NCBI GenBank assembly: GCA_030041735.1
Contig: JASIBA010000040.1
Coordinates: forward strand, 1-40,693
From: Thermoplasmata archaeon
Lineage (GTDB): Archaea; Thermoplasmatota; Thermoplasmata; Lutacidiplasmatales; UBA184
DNA: 40,693 bases
Direction of reading: 5' to 3'
Shown here in pieces: positions 26,122 to 34,076 of the stretch (position 1 is its first letter; every line of letters starts with the position of its first letter). The notes under the pieces were generated by a model that had not been told where the DNA came from, searched no databases, and saw only the letters and a program-made list of their open reading frames with translations. The position numbers and the translations under genes were made by a program.

Positions 26122-26492
26122 CCGCGTCGGAAGGACCCCCGGCCCCGGAGTTCGACGCGTTCCGCGTGGCGGTCGGTTTCGGCGTGCTCTCGGGCGCGGC
26201 CGCCCTCGTCCTCCCGTTCCTCGATTCGTTGACCCTCGCTCTTGCCGCCATCGCCCTCGCGGCGTGGGTCTGGCGACGCTCGCCCCGGCCGTTGGGGGTT
26301 CGCCATCGCCCGTGGCTCCGCGCGGCCGGGGGCTGGGCATGCGCGGCCCTCGGCTTCGGGGCGTTCTGGGGACTCTCGGCCCCGCTCTCCTCGATCCGGG
26401 GCCTCGTCCTCGGACTCTCGCTGGTTCCCTTGTGGTGGCTCGATCGCGGGGGGCCGTCGGTCCCGCCCACGGGAGGGAGGGACCCGGGATGA
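26118..26492 (+). CDS. Small multi-pass membrane protein (124 aa), hypothetical
   Basis: It has three or four hydrophobic helices (VAVGFGVLSGAAALVLPFL, LTLALAAIALAAWVW, GGWACAALGFGAFWGL, GLVLGLSLVPLWW). ATGA overlaps occur at both ends. Confidence 0.55.
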   Translation: MTASEGPPAPEFDAFRVAVGFGVLSGAAALVLPFLDSLTLALAAIALAAWVWRRSPRPLGVRHRPWLRAAGGWACAALGFGAFWGLSAPLSSIRGLVLGLSLVPLWWLDRGGPSVPPTGGRDPG

Positions 26493-28171
26493 CGGGGCGC
26501 GTCGAGGCTCCGCCGGAGGAGCACCCCCACTGGATCCGGATCGGCCAGAGGTTCGTGGCCCCTCTCCTCGTTCGGCAGTTTCCGCCCGAGCTCCCGTTCG
26601 GGTTCCTGGGCCGCGTGCTGCCGACCACCGAGCCGGTGGAGTTCGCGATCGAGGCGCACCGTCTCCCCTCGGAGCGGGCGCTCGAGATCCTGCATCGGGC
26701 GCGGACCGTCGCCGACGCCGAGCTCGCGACGGGCGGCCGAGGGACTCCCCACGCGGAGCTCGAGGTCGAGCGCGACGCGGCCGAGGAGTTCGGCCGGGCG
26801 GTCGCCCGTCGCTCGCAGGAACTGTGGCGGGTGGGGATCCGCTTCGCGGCCGAAGCGGACTCGCGGCCGCGGGCGGAGGCGGTCCGGGTCCGGCTGGCCG
26901 AGCGGCTCACCGCCCTGGGGTTCCGGTGCCGGGTCCCGCGACACGAAGTCGGGGCGGCCCTGCGATCGCCCGGCGACCGCTCGTCGTCCCATCGGCCCGA
27001 GGGCTACTGGCAGACCCTCCCGACCGATGGCCTGGCGGCGCTGTTCCCGTTCGTGGACGAGGCGATCGTCGAGCCCCGGGGGATCCTCGTCGGTCTCGCG
27101 CTCGCCGACGCGAGTCCGGTGTTCCTCGACCGCTGGGGACGGACGAGCCACTCCTGGGGGATCTTCGGGACGACCGGCGCCGGCAAGTCCTACACGGCCG
27201 CGCTCGCGGTCCTGCGCTCCCGATGGGCCCGGCCGACCGCAGGGATCACCCTGCTCGATCCCCTGGGGGAATTCGCGCCGTTCGTCCGCGCGCTCGGAGG
27301 CGACGTGGTACGGGTCGGCGCCGGAGAGGGGCGGATCAATCCGCTCGACCCCGCGACCACCCGGGGCGACCGGTCGGAGAAGGCGGCGCGGATCGGAGCG
27401 ATGCTCCGCGCGGTGTTCCCCACGCTCACCGACGACGAGGCCGCGCGGCTCGACTCAGCGGTGACGCGCCTCTACACCGGGCGGGACGACGTGCCGACGT
27501 TCTCCGATCTTCGGGCCGAGGTGGCACGCGACCGCGACCCGCCCGACCGCCTGCTGGGCCTGCTCGAGGTGTTCCGGTCGGGTTCGCTCCGCGCGGTCAA
27601 CGGCGCGTCGCAGGTCCTGCCGGACTCCTCGCTGGTCGACGTCGATCTCCACGGGATCCCCGACGACCAGCTCCCGTTCCACCTGACCTACCTCCTCGAC
27701 TGGGTCTACGGCCGCATCCGGGACCGCCCCGGCCCGAAGCTCGTCGTGGTGGACGAGGTCCATCTGCTCCTGCGGCACCGCGCCACGGCGGAGTTCCTCG
27801 ACCGGGTGGTCCGCCACGTGCGCCATTTCGAAGCCGGCTTCTTGCTGCTCAGCCAGCGACCCGACGACTTCCTCGACCTTCCGAGCGGTCGGGGGGTGCT
27901 CCAGAACCTCGACGCGGTCGGACTGCTGCGGCTCCCGGGCGTGTCGGCCGCGACGCGGGAGTTCTTCGGCCTCACCGGCCCCGAGGCGGAGTGGCTGCCC
28001 AAAGCCCGGCTCCCCCGCGAGATCGGGTATGCCGAGTCGCTCTGGCGGATCGGCGAGCTCCACCTGCCGCTCGCGATCGTCGCCTCGACCCCCGAGCACA
28101 CCCTGCTCGCGGGCACGCTCGGGCAAGGGACCGGGGCCGTGGAACCTGCCTCTGGAAACGGGTCTTTATGA
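26489..28171 (+). CDS. VirB4/TrbE/CedB-type conjugation ATPase
   Basis: IRIGQRFVAPLLVRQFPPELPFGFLGRV matches the Y.r.l.i..yP..v..gWl motif. GIFGTTGAGKSY is the Walker A (about 27166-27192). LLDPLGEF and INPLD are present. KLVVVDEVHLLL is the Walker B (about 27736-27770). The motif LLLSQRPDDF is also present. Confidence 0.85.
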   Translation: MTGRVEAPPEEHPHWIRIGQRFVAPLLVRQFPPELPFGFLGRVLPTTEPVEFAIEAHRLPSERALEILHRARTVADAELATGGRGTPHAELEVERDAAEEFGRAVARRSQELWRVGIRFAAEADSRPRAEAVRVRLAERLTALGFRCRVPRHEVGAALRSPGDRSSSHRPEGYWQTLPTDGLAALFPFVDEAIVEPRGILVGLALADASPVFLDRWGRTSHSWGIFGTTGAGKSYTAALAVLRSRWARPTAGITLLDPLGEFAPFVRALGGDVVRVGAGEGRINPLDPATTRGDRSEKAARIGAMLRAVFPTLTDDEAARLDSAVTRLYTGRDDVPTFSDLRAEVARDRDPPDRLLGLLEVFRSGSLRAVNGASQVLPDSSLVDVDLHGIPDDQLPFHLTYLLDWVYGRIRDRPGPKLVVVDEVHLLLRHRATAEFLDRVVRHVRHFEAGFLLLSQRPDDFLDLPSGRGVLQNLDAVGLLRLPGVSAATREFFGLTGPEAEWLPKARLPREIGYAESLWRIGELHLPLAIVASTPEHTLLAGTLGQGTGAVEPASGNGSL

Positions 28172-28193
28172 GGGTAGAGGACGAGCCCCGGAC

Positions 28194-28697
28194 GTGGACG
28201 CCGAGGCGACGGCCGCGGGCCCCCCGCGCCGGCGCGCGAGCTGGAGCCTGAAGTCAATCGTCGAGGACGTGGCCGGCCGACCGATCGGCGAGCTCCAGGA
28301 TCCGGGGAAGCCGGTCCACCCGTATCTCGAGGGCAAGGGCGTCGCCGCGGCGCCTCCGACCGCGAGGGTCGCTTCCGGCGAGGCCCCGTACGATCCGGTG
28401 GGGCACGTCTACCCTCCGCTCGTGGGTCCGCTCGGCCGGGACTACCACGGGGCCGAGCACGAGCACCACGCGGAGACCCTCCAGCACCACCCGCCGCACA
28501 CCGATTCCTCGCCCGGGAACCCCGCGCGCCCGGGCGGCCCCATGCACCGGCCCGAGCGAATCTACCTGCACTATCTTCTGCTGCACATGGATCGGCTGAG
28601 CCCGTCCGCGCTCCAGTACCTCAGGACCGCGGTCGAGGAGGAGCTCGCGCACCGCGCGCGGCCGCCCCTCCCGCCGACGCCCGCCGCGACGGAGTGA
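28194..28697 (+). CDS. Hypothetical His-rich protein (start uncertain: GTG at 28194 or 28269)
   Basis: The plus frame has very high GC3 throughout. It contains HGAEHEHHAETLQHHPPHTD and a C-terminal helix-like RIYLHYLLLHMDRLSPSALQYLRTAVEEELAHR. The antisense 132-aa ORF has junk composition. Confidence 0.45.
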   Translation: MDAEATAAGPPRRRASWSLKSIVEDVAGRPIGELQDPGKPVHPYLEGKGVAAAPPTARVASGEAPYDPVGHVYPPLVGPLGRDYHGAEHEHHAETLQHHPPHTDSSPGNPARPGGPMHRPERIYLHYLLLHMDRLSPSALQYLRTAVEEELAHRARPPLPPTPAATE

Positions 28698-29508
28698 CGA
28701 CCTCCCAGCCGAGGGCCCGGCCCCGTTCGGCGAGCTCGGCGAAGACGGTCGGGTCGCGTTCGACCCCGATCGCGTTCCGGCCCCACCGTTGCGCGGCCGC
28801 GAGCGTCGTGCCGGTGCCCGCGAACGGATCCAGGACGGTCTCCCCGAGCAGCGAGAACATGCGGACCAGCCGTCCCGGGACCTCGTCGGGGAACGCCGCG
28901 CTCCGGCGGCCCCCGGCGTCCTGCCGCGCGCCGCGGATGTCGTCCCAGATCTGGCTGAACCAGCGGTCCCGCTCGGCCCGGGAGTACCGGCTCGCCGCGC
29001 GCGCCGGGTCGTGGCGGGGCAGGCGCCGCAGCGGGCCCTTCCGGAACAGCAGCACGAACTCGCAGTCGAGCGTCACGTAGGCGTTCGGAGGCTCGAAGCC
29101 GGAACCGAGGAACGCGTTCGGCCGGTTCGTCGGCTTCTTCCAGAGGACGTAGGGCAGCGACCGGAAGCCCGCCCGCTCGGCCCCCACGATCACGCGGGCG
29201 TGGTTCGGCCAGAGACGGAACTCCCCGTCGGTCGTGCGCAGCGCGTCGCCGACGTTCACGGCGAGGAGACCCCCCGGCACCAGGACCCGGTGGGCGGCCT
29301 GCCACGCCGGGTCGAGCAGCCGGTGCATCGCCTCGAAGTCGCGCGCCCCGAGCCGCGCGAACGGCGCGTCCCACTGGGGGATCATCGGGTACGGCGGCGA
29401 CGTGACGATGAGGTGGACCGATCCGTCCTCGATCCCCGCGAGTCGCCGCGCGTCGCCCCGGAGCAGGCGGACCCGTCCCGCCGCGGGCTCCGGCACGGGC
29501 CGGGGCAC
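28621..29508 (-). CDS. DNA methyltransferase, N4/N6 (beta-class motif order), SPPY catalytic motif
   Basis: DGSVHLIVTSPPYPM is motif IV (about 29386-29403) and lies N-terminal to VLDPFAGTGTTLAAAQRWGRNAIGVE, motif I (about 28806-28832). The start was taken at an in-frame GTG (29508 or 29496). The upstream part of the track ORF is antisense to the HPS gene. Confidence 0.8.
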   Translation of the reverse strand: MPRPVPEPAAGRVRLLRGDARRLAGIEDGSVHLIVTSPPYPMIPQWDAPFARLGARDFEAMHRLLDPAWQAAHRVLVPGGLLAVNVGDALRTTDGEFRLWPNHARVIVGAERAGFRSLPYVLWKKPTNRPNAFLGSGFEPPNAYVTLDCEFVLLFRKGPLRRLPRHDPARAASRYSRAERDRWFSQIWDDIRGARQDAGGRRSAAFPDEVPGRLVRMFSLLGETVLDPFAGTGTTLAAAQRWGRNAIGVERDPTVFAELAERGRALGWEVVTPSRRASAGGAAARGARAPPRPRS

Positions 29509-29551
29509 TCGGCCACCCCTTATACCGAGCCTCCTCCTCCTCGAGGCGGCG

Positions 29552-30856
29552 ATGCGGCTCGACCACCCCGTCCTGCAGGTCGCGCTCGACTTCGAGAACC
29601 TGTCGCGCGCGATGCTCGCGGCCAAGGAGGCGGTGGAAGGGGGCGCCGACTGGGTCGAGGCGGGCACCCCGCTCTTGAAGAGCGAGGGGCTCGACGCGGT
29701 CCGAGAGCTGAAGAAGGCGTTCCCGGATCGGCGGATCGTCGCCGACATGAAGGTCATGGACACCGGCGCGTTCGAGGTCGAGATCGCCGCCAAGGCGGGG
29801 GCCGACATCGTCACGATCCTCGGGGCTGCGGACGACGACACGATCGCCGACGGCGTCCGGGGCGGCGAGCTCTACGGCGCCGAGGTGATGGTCGACCTGC
29901 TCAATGTTCCGGATCCGGTGGCCCGGGCCCGCCGGGTCGCCGAGCTCGGGGCCGGCGCGGTCTGCTGGCACGTCGGGATCGACATGCAGATGCAGGCCCG
30001 GACGCCGTTCGAGGTGCTCCAGGAGATCGCGGCGGCCTCGCCGATCCCGGTCGCGGTCGCCGGCGGCCTCAACTCCGAGTCGGTGGCGGCCGCGGTGGGA
30101 GCGGGCGCCCAGATCCTGATCGTCGGGGGGGCGATCACGAAGAGCCCGCAGATGGTCGAAGCGACCCGGCGGATCCGCCGCGCGATCGACACCGGCGAGG
30201 CCCAGGCGACCGAGCTGTTCCGCCGGTACTCCGGCGCCGGGATCCGGGAAGCGTTCCTCAAGGTCTCGAGCCCCAACGTGTCCGATGCGCTGCAGCGCCA
30301 AGGCGCGATGCACGGGATCGTCGCGCACCTCAAGGACCCGACCGTGCGGATGGCCGGACCCGCCGTCACGGTCGTGACCCGGGACGGGGACTGGGCGAAG
30401 CCGGTCGAGGCGATCGACCACGCGGGCCCCGGCGACGTCATCGTGGTCGACGCGGGCGGGGGGACGACCGCGATCTGGGGGGAACTCGCGAGCTGGAGCG
30501 CGCACGGCCGGCACGTCGCGGGCGTCGTCATCGACGGCGCCGCCCGGGACGTGGACGCCATCCTCGAGCTCGGGTTCCCGGTCTTCAGCCGCTTCGTCAG
30601 CCCGAACGCCGGCGAGCCGAAGGGCCTCGGGGAGATCGGGGTCGAGGTGGTCGTGGGCGGCCAGCGGGTCCGACCGGGCGACTGGATCGTCGGCGATCTC
30701 TCGGGCGTGGTGGTCGTCCCCCGCGAGCGGGCGCAGGAGATCGCGAACCGGGCGCTGGACGTCCTGGAGCACGAGAACCGGGTCCGCGAGGAGATCCAGC
30801 GCGGCTCGACGCTCGGAACCGTCCAGAAGCTCGAGCGCTGGGAGCGGGTCGGCTAG
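29552..30856 (+). CDS. Bifunctional 3-hexulose-6-phosphate synthase / RraA-like (ribonuclease regulator/aldolase fold) fusion protein
   Basis: The N-terminal half, LQVALDFENLSRAMLAAKEAVEGGADWVEAGTPLLKSEG...IVADMKVMDTG...VAGGL, is the HPS/OMPDC fold. The C-terminal half, VSDALQRQGAMHG...GDVIVVDAGG...AIWGELASWSAHGRHVAGVVIDGAARD, is RraA-like. Confidence 0.8.
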   Translation: MRLDHPVLQVALDFENLSRAMLAAKEAVEGGADWVEAGTPLLKSEGLDAVRELKKAFPDRRIVADMKVMDTGAFEVEIAAKAGADIVTILGAADDDTIADGVRGGELYGAEVMVDLLNVPDPVARARRVAELGAGAVCWHVGIDMQMQARTPFEVLQEIAAASPIPVAVAGGLNSESVAAAVGAGAQILIVGGAITKSPQMVEATRRIRRAIDTGEAQATELFRRYSGAGIREAFLKVSSPNVSDALQRQGAMHGIVAHLKDPTVRMAGPAVTVVTRDGDWAKPVEAIDHAGPGDVIVVDAGGGTTAIWGELASWSAHGRHVAGVVIDGAARDVDAILELGFPVFSRFVSPNAGEPKGLGEIGVEVVVGGQRVRPGDWIVGDLSGVVVVPRERAQEIANRALDVLEHENRVREEIQRGSTLGTVQKLERWERVG

Positions 30857-30874
30857 CCCGGTCGCAGGCTCCGC

Positions 30875-31273
30875 TCACCGTTCGGCGAGGATGCGGCGCA
30901 CCGGGTCGTTGTCCGCGTACACCTGCCACTCCGCGACCCGTCCGCGGACGACCCGGCACCTCCAGGCGGCCGGGATCCTCCACCGTCGCTCGGGAAGGGG
31001 CTTGCGGCCGGCGGCGAGGGTTCCGCTCGCGAAGCCCGTCAAGAGGACCGTAGCGCCGTCGGTCGCGACCCCGCGGATCTCGATCCGGTAGTCCGGAAAC
31101 ATCCCGAAGTACGCCTCCCAGCCCTGGCGCATCGCCTCCCGGCCCACGACGGCCGTTCCGAGCGAGTCGACAAACCGATGGCGGACCGGCATGAGGTCGG
31201 CCAACGCGTCCAGATCGTGACGATTGATCGCCGCCACGTATCGCCGGGCGATTCGCACGGGTGCCTTCGTCAT
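30875..31273 (-). CDS. SnoaL-like / NTF2-fold protein
   Basis: IARRYVAAINRHDLDALADLM...GREAMRQGWEAYFGMFPDYRIEI is typical of SnoaL-like domains. It is the 3' portion of a longer track ORF. Confidence 0.65.
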   Translation of the reverse strand: MTKAPVRIARRYVAAINRHDLDALADLMPVRHRFVDSLGTAVVGREAMRQGWEAYFGMFPDYRIEIRGVATDGATVLLTGFASGTLAAGRKPLPERRWRIPAAWRCRVVRGRVAEWQVYADNDPVRRILAER

Positions 31274-31442
31274 CCTTCCGGGCGCGCCCCCTAGGCCCCA
31301 ACCCGCCGGATAGGAAAACTCTCCGCGGGCCTCCCGACCGCGCCGGTCTCCTCCGCGACTTCGGTGGGGCTTCGTAGAAAGGGTCGAGTATCGCCTCCGC
31401 GTTCCGGGTCCCGCGCGGCCAGAGACGCGCCGGGGGGAATCC

Positions 31443-33050
31443 ATGGACGGACTCATGATGGACGATTTTCCGCTGACGCTCACGCACGTGGTGCAGCGGA
31501 CGGAGCGGCTGTTCCCCCGCGTCGCGATCTCGAGCCGCTCGCCCGACGGGACGATCCGTCGGACCGACTACGCCGGCGTCATCCGCCGGGCGCGCCGCCT
31601 TGCCCGCGTGCTCCGGGAGGGCGGTATCGAGCCCGGCGACCGCGTCGGAACGCTGATGTGGAACCACTCCCGGCATCTCGAAGCGTATCTCGGCGTTCCC
31701 GCGTCGGGCGCCGTCGTCCACACGCTGAACCTCCGGCTCTCCCCGGAGCAGCTGGCCTACGTCATCCATCACGGCGGCGACAAGTGGATCCTCGTCGACG
31801 ACAACCTCCTGCCACTGCTCGCCCGCATCCGGGACCGGATCAACCCGAAGCGCATCGTCGTCGTCCCGTCCGCCGGAGGACTGGTCCCCACCGGCTACGA
31901 TGACTACGAGTACCTGCTCTCGCAACACGAGCCGCTGGACCCTCTCCCGGCGCTCTCCGAACGCCAGGCGGCGGGGCTCTGCTACACGTCCGGCACGACC
32001 GGGCGGCTCAAGGGCGTGCTCTACTCGCATCGCTCGATCGTCCTGCATTCGTTGGTGGGGGCTTCCACGCTCGACCTCCGCCAGTCCGACGCAGCCCTCG
32101 TGGTCGTGCCGATGTTCCACGCCAACGCGTGGGGCCTGCCGTACATCCTGACGACGCTCGGGAGCCGGATCGTCCTGCCCGGCCGGCAGCTGGATCCCGA
32201 AAGCCTGCTCGACCTGATGGAGCAGGAGCGGGTCACCTACGCCGCCGGCGTTCCCTCGATCTGGACCGGCCTCCTCGAGACCCTCGAACGGGACCCCCGG
32301 CGATGGACCCTCACGCCCGGTCTCCGGATGCTGGTCGGCGGATCGGCCGTCCCGGAGGCGATGATCCGCCGGTTCGCAGCGCTCGGGATCGACGTGATCC
32401 ACGGCTACGGCATGACGGAGTCCTCGCCGCTCGTGGCCGTGAACATCCCGAAGGAGGGCATGCGCGACTGGGAGCCCGACCGACTCTTCCCGCTCCGCGC
32501 GCGCCAGGGGCTCGGGGGAGCGTTCGTCGAGCTGCGGCTGCGGGCCGAGGAACGCGAGCAGCCGTGGGACGGGAAGTCCGTCGGAGAGCTCGAGCTGCGT
32601 GGGCCGTGGATCGCCCGCGCCTACTTCCAGGACAATGATCCCGAGAAGTGGACCTTGGACGGCTGGATGCGGACCGGCGACATCGCAACGATCGACCCGG
32701 AAGGGTACGTCCAGATCGTCGATCGCTCGAAAGACCTGGTGAAGAGCGGCGGCGAGTGGATCAGCTCCGTGGCGCTGGAGAACGCGCTGGTCGCCCACCC
32801 GGCGGTCCGAGAGGCGGCGGTCGTCGCCAAGCCGGATCCCAAGTGGTCCGAGCGGCCGATCGCCTTCGTCGTACTGCGAGACGGCTCGGTCGCGACCCCC
32901 GACGAACTCCGGGGCTTCCTGGCCCCGCAGTTCCCCAAGTGGTGGCTCCCGGACGAGGTCCGATTCGTGGCCGAACTCCCCAAGACGTCGACGGGAAAGG
33001 TCTCGAAGCTCACCCTGCGCCAGGGGCTCGGACCATCCGGCCCGACCTAA
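31443..33050 (+). CDS. AMP-dependent synthetase/ligase (fatty-acid--CoA ligase-like)
   Basis: CYTSGTTGRLKGVLYSH is the AMP-binding motif, and GYGMTE, ...TGDIATIDPEGY and a C-terminal PKTSTGKV are present. Confidence 0.9.
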   Translation: MDGLMMDDFPLTLTHVVQRTERLFPRVAISSRSPDGTIRRTDYAGVIRRARRLARVLREGGIEPGDRVGTLMWNHSRHLEAYLGVPASGAVVHTLNLRLSPEQLAYVIHHGGDKWILVDDNLLPLLARIRDRINPKRIVVVPSAGGLVPTGYDDYEYLLSQHEPLDPLPALSERQAAGLCYTSGTTGRLKGVLYSHRSIVLHSLVGASTLDLRQSDAALVVVPMFHANAWGLPYILTTLGSRIVLPGRQLDPESLLDLMEQERVTYAAGVPSIWTGLLETLERDPRRWTLTPGLRMLVGGSAVPEAMIRRFAALGIDVIHGYGMTESSPLVAVNIPKEGMRDWEPDRLFPLRARQGLGGAFVELRLRAEEREQPWDGKSVGELELRGPWIARAYFQDNDPEKWTLDGWMRTGDIATIDPEGYVQIVDRSKDLVKSGGEWISSVALENALVAHPAVREAAVVAKPDPKWSERPIAFVVLRDGSVATPDELRGFLAPQFPKWWLPDEVRFVAELPKTSTGKVSKLTLRQGLGPSGPT

Positions 33051-33894
33051 GCACCGCGTCGAGCACGTGCCGGCGGGTCCAGAGGGAGGTCGTCTCTCCG
33101 GCCCAGTGCCTCGCTTGATGGCGGTTGGGGCCCTGCCACGCGAGCTCCCATCGGATCGGGTACGACACGTCCCAGAGCACGAGTGGTTCGGGCTCCGCGA
33201 GAGGGAGCGTCAGGCGGAGCCGTCCCTCGGCGGCGGCCCGGAGCTGGTCGACCGAGATCCCGCCGGTGTCGACCAGGCGCAGCGCCGCCACGATCTTTCG
33301 GACCATGCCCCAGGCGAACGACGGGGCCGCCACTTCGATCACCGTCCCGCCGCGGATAGATCGACTGGAGATCGAGTCGATGGTCCGCCAGCAGGGCTGG
33401 CCCGGCGGAAGTCCGCGCCCGAAGGACCGGGCATCGATCCGACCGCGGAGCGCTCGCATCGCATCCGCTCGGACCGCGCCGACCAACACGGGATGGGGGT
33501 CGAAGTACCGGTAGGTCCGGCCCAGGGCCGAGCGGACGCGGAACGTCTCGGCGACGGGGGTGAGATGGGTGAAGCAGAGCTCGGGCAAGATTCCGTTGAG
33601 CGCACGAAGGAGGGCCGCGCCCGGTAGGTCGGCCCGAAGGACGAGAGCGTTTCCCCGCGCGCTGACCCCCCGGTCGGTGCGGCTGGCGACCTCGAGGGAG
33701 GGGCGCCCGTCCGGCGACCGGAGCCCTCGTCTCTCGAGTCCGCGGAGGATCTCGCCCTCCACGGTGCGCCGTCCGGGCTGGCTCGCCCAGCCGTAGAATC
33801 CCCGACCGTCGTAGCCGAAGCGGACCAGCCACCGGGTCACGGAAGTCCGATGCGGTACTCCGGGTAGATGACGTCTACCTCCGGAACGGTCCAT
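33010..33894 (-). CDS. truA: tRNA pseudouridine synthase A
   Basis: VRFGYDGRGFYGWASQPGRRTVEGEI...VASRTDRGVSARGN carries the catalytic RTDxGV motif. Its 3' end overlaps the convergent ligase gene by 41 nt. Confidence 0.8.
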   Translation of the reverse strand: MDRSGGRRHLPGVPHRTSVTRWLVRFGYDGRGFYGWASQPGRRTVEGEILRGLERRGLRSPDGRPSLEVASRTDRGVSARGNALVLRADLPGAALLRALNGILPELCFTHLTPVAETFRVRSALGRTYRYFDPHPVLVGAVRADAMRALRGRIDARSFGRGLPPGQPCWRTIDSISSRSIRGGTVIEVAAPSFAWGMVRKIVAALRLVDTGGISVDQLRAAAEGRLRLTLPLAEPEPLVLWDVSYPIRWELAWQGPNRHQARHWAGETTSLWTRRHVLDAVLRSGRMVRAPGAG

Positions 33895-33929
33895 AGACCG
33901 GTCCTACCCGCGTCGTACGTTGAACTATT

Positions 33930-33966
33930 GTGAGATATACAGTCTAAAGTGATTTCCTATATATCC
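33930..33966. promoter_or_regulatory. AT-rich divergent promoter region (TATA-like boxes) between truA and pstS
   Basis: GAGATATACAG and TTCCTATATATCC are the only AT-rich elements in the 182-nt gap. A GGTGA-type ribosome-binding site (AGGTGA, 34064-34069) lies 7 nt before the pstS ATG. Confidence 0.5.
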
Positions 33967-34076
33967 GAACTCGGGAGTCCCCGGCCGATGACGACCCGCG
34001 GTCACGGGTGGGTTGCGCGACGCCTCGCCGCGCGGCCGCGGGTCGTCTAACCTCACGCGCACCAGGTGAACCAAGA

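Larger units (their letters stand above)
21639..28171 (+). other. Type-IV-secretion-like (VirB2/VirB3/VirB4/VirB6-type) pilus or DNA-transfer gene cluster
   Basis: Six co-directional genes have overlapping or near-abutting boundaries: a 25-nt overlap at 23774-23798, TGAcATG at 25332-25338, and ATGA at 26118-26121 and 26489-26492. See the individual CDS entries. Confidence 0.65.

Noticed and set aside
28254-28652. A 132-aa minus-strand ORF between the VirB4-like gene and the methyltransferase.
   Set aside because: It has Arg/Gly/Val-rich antisense-type composition. The plus frame over the same bases has near-saturated GC3 and more protein-like sequence, so the plus-strand ORF was preferred.
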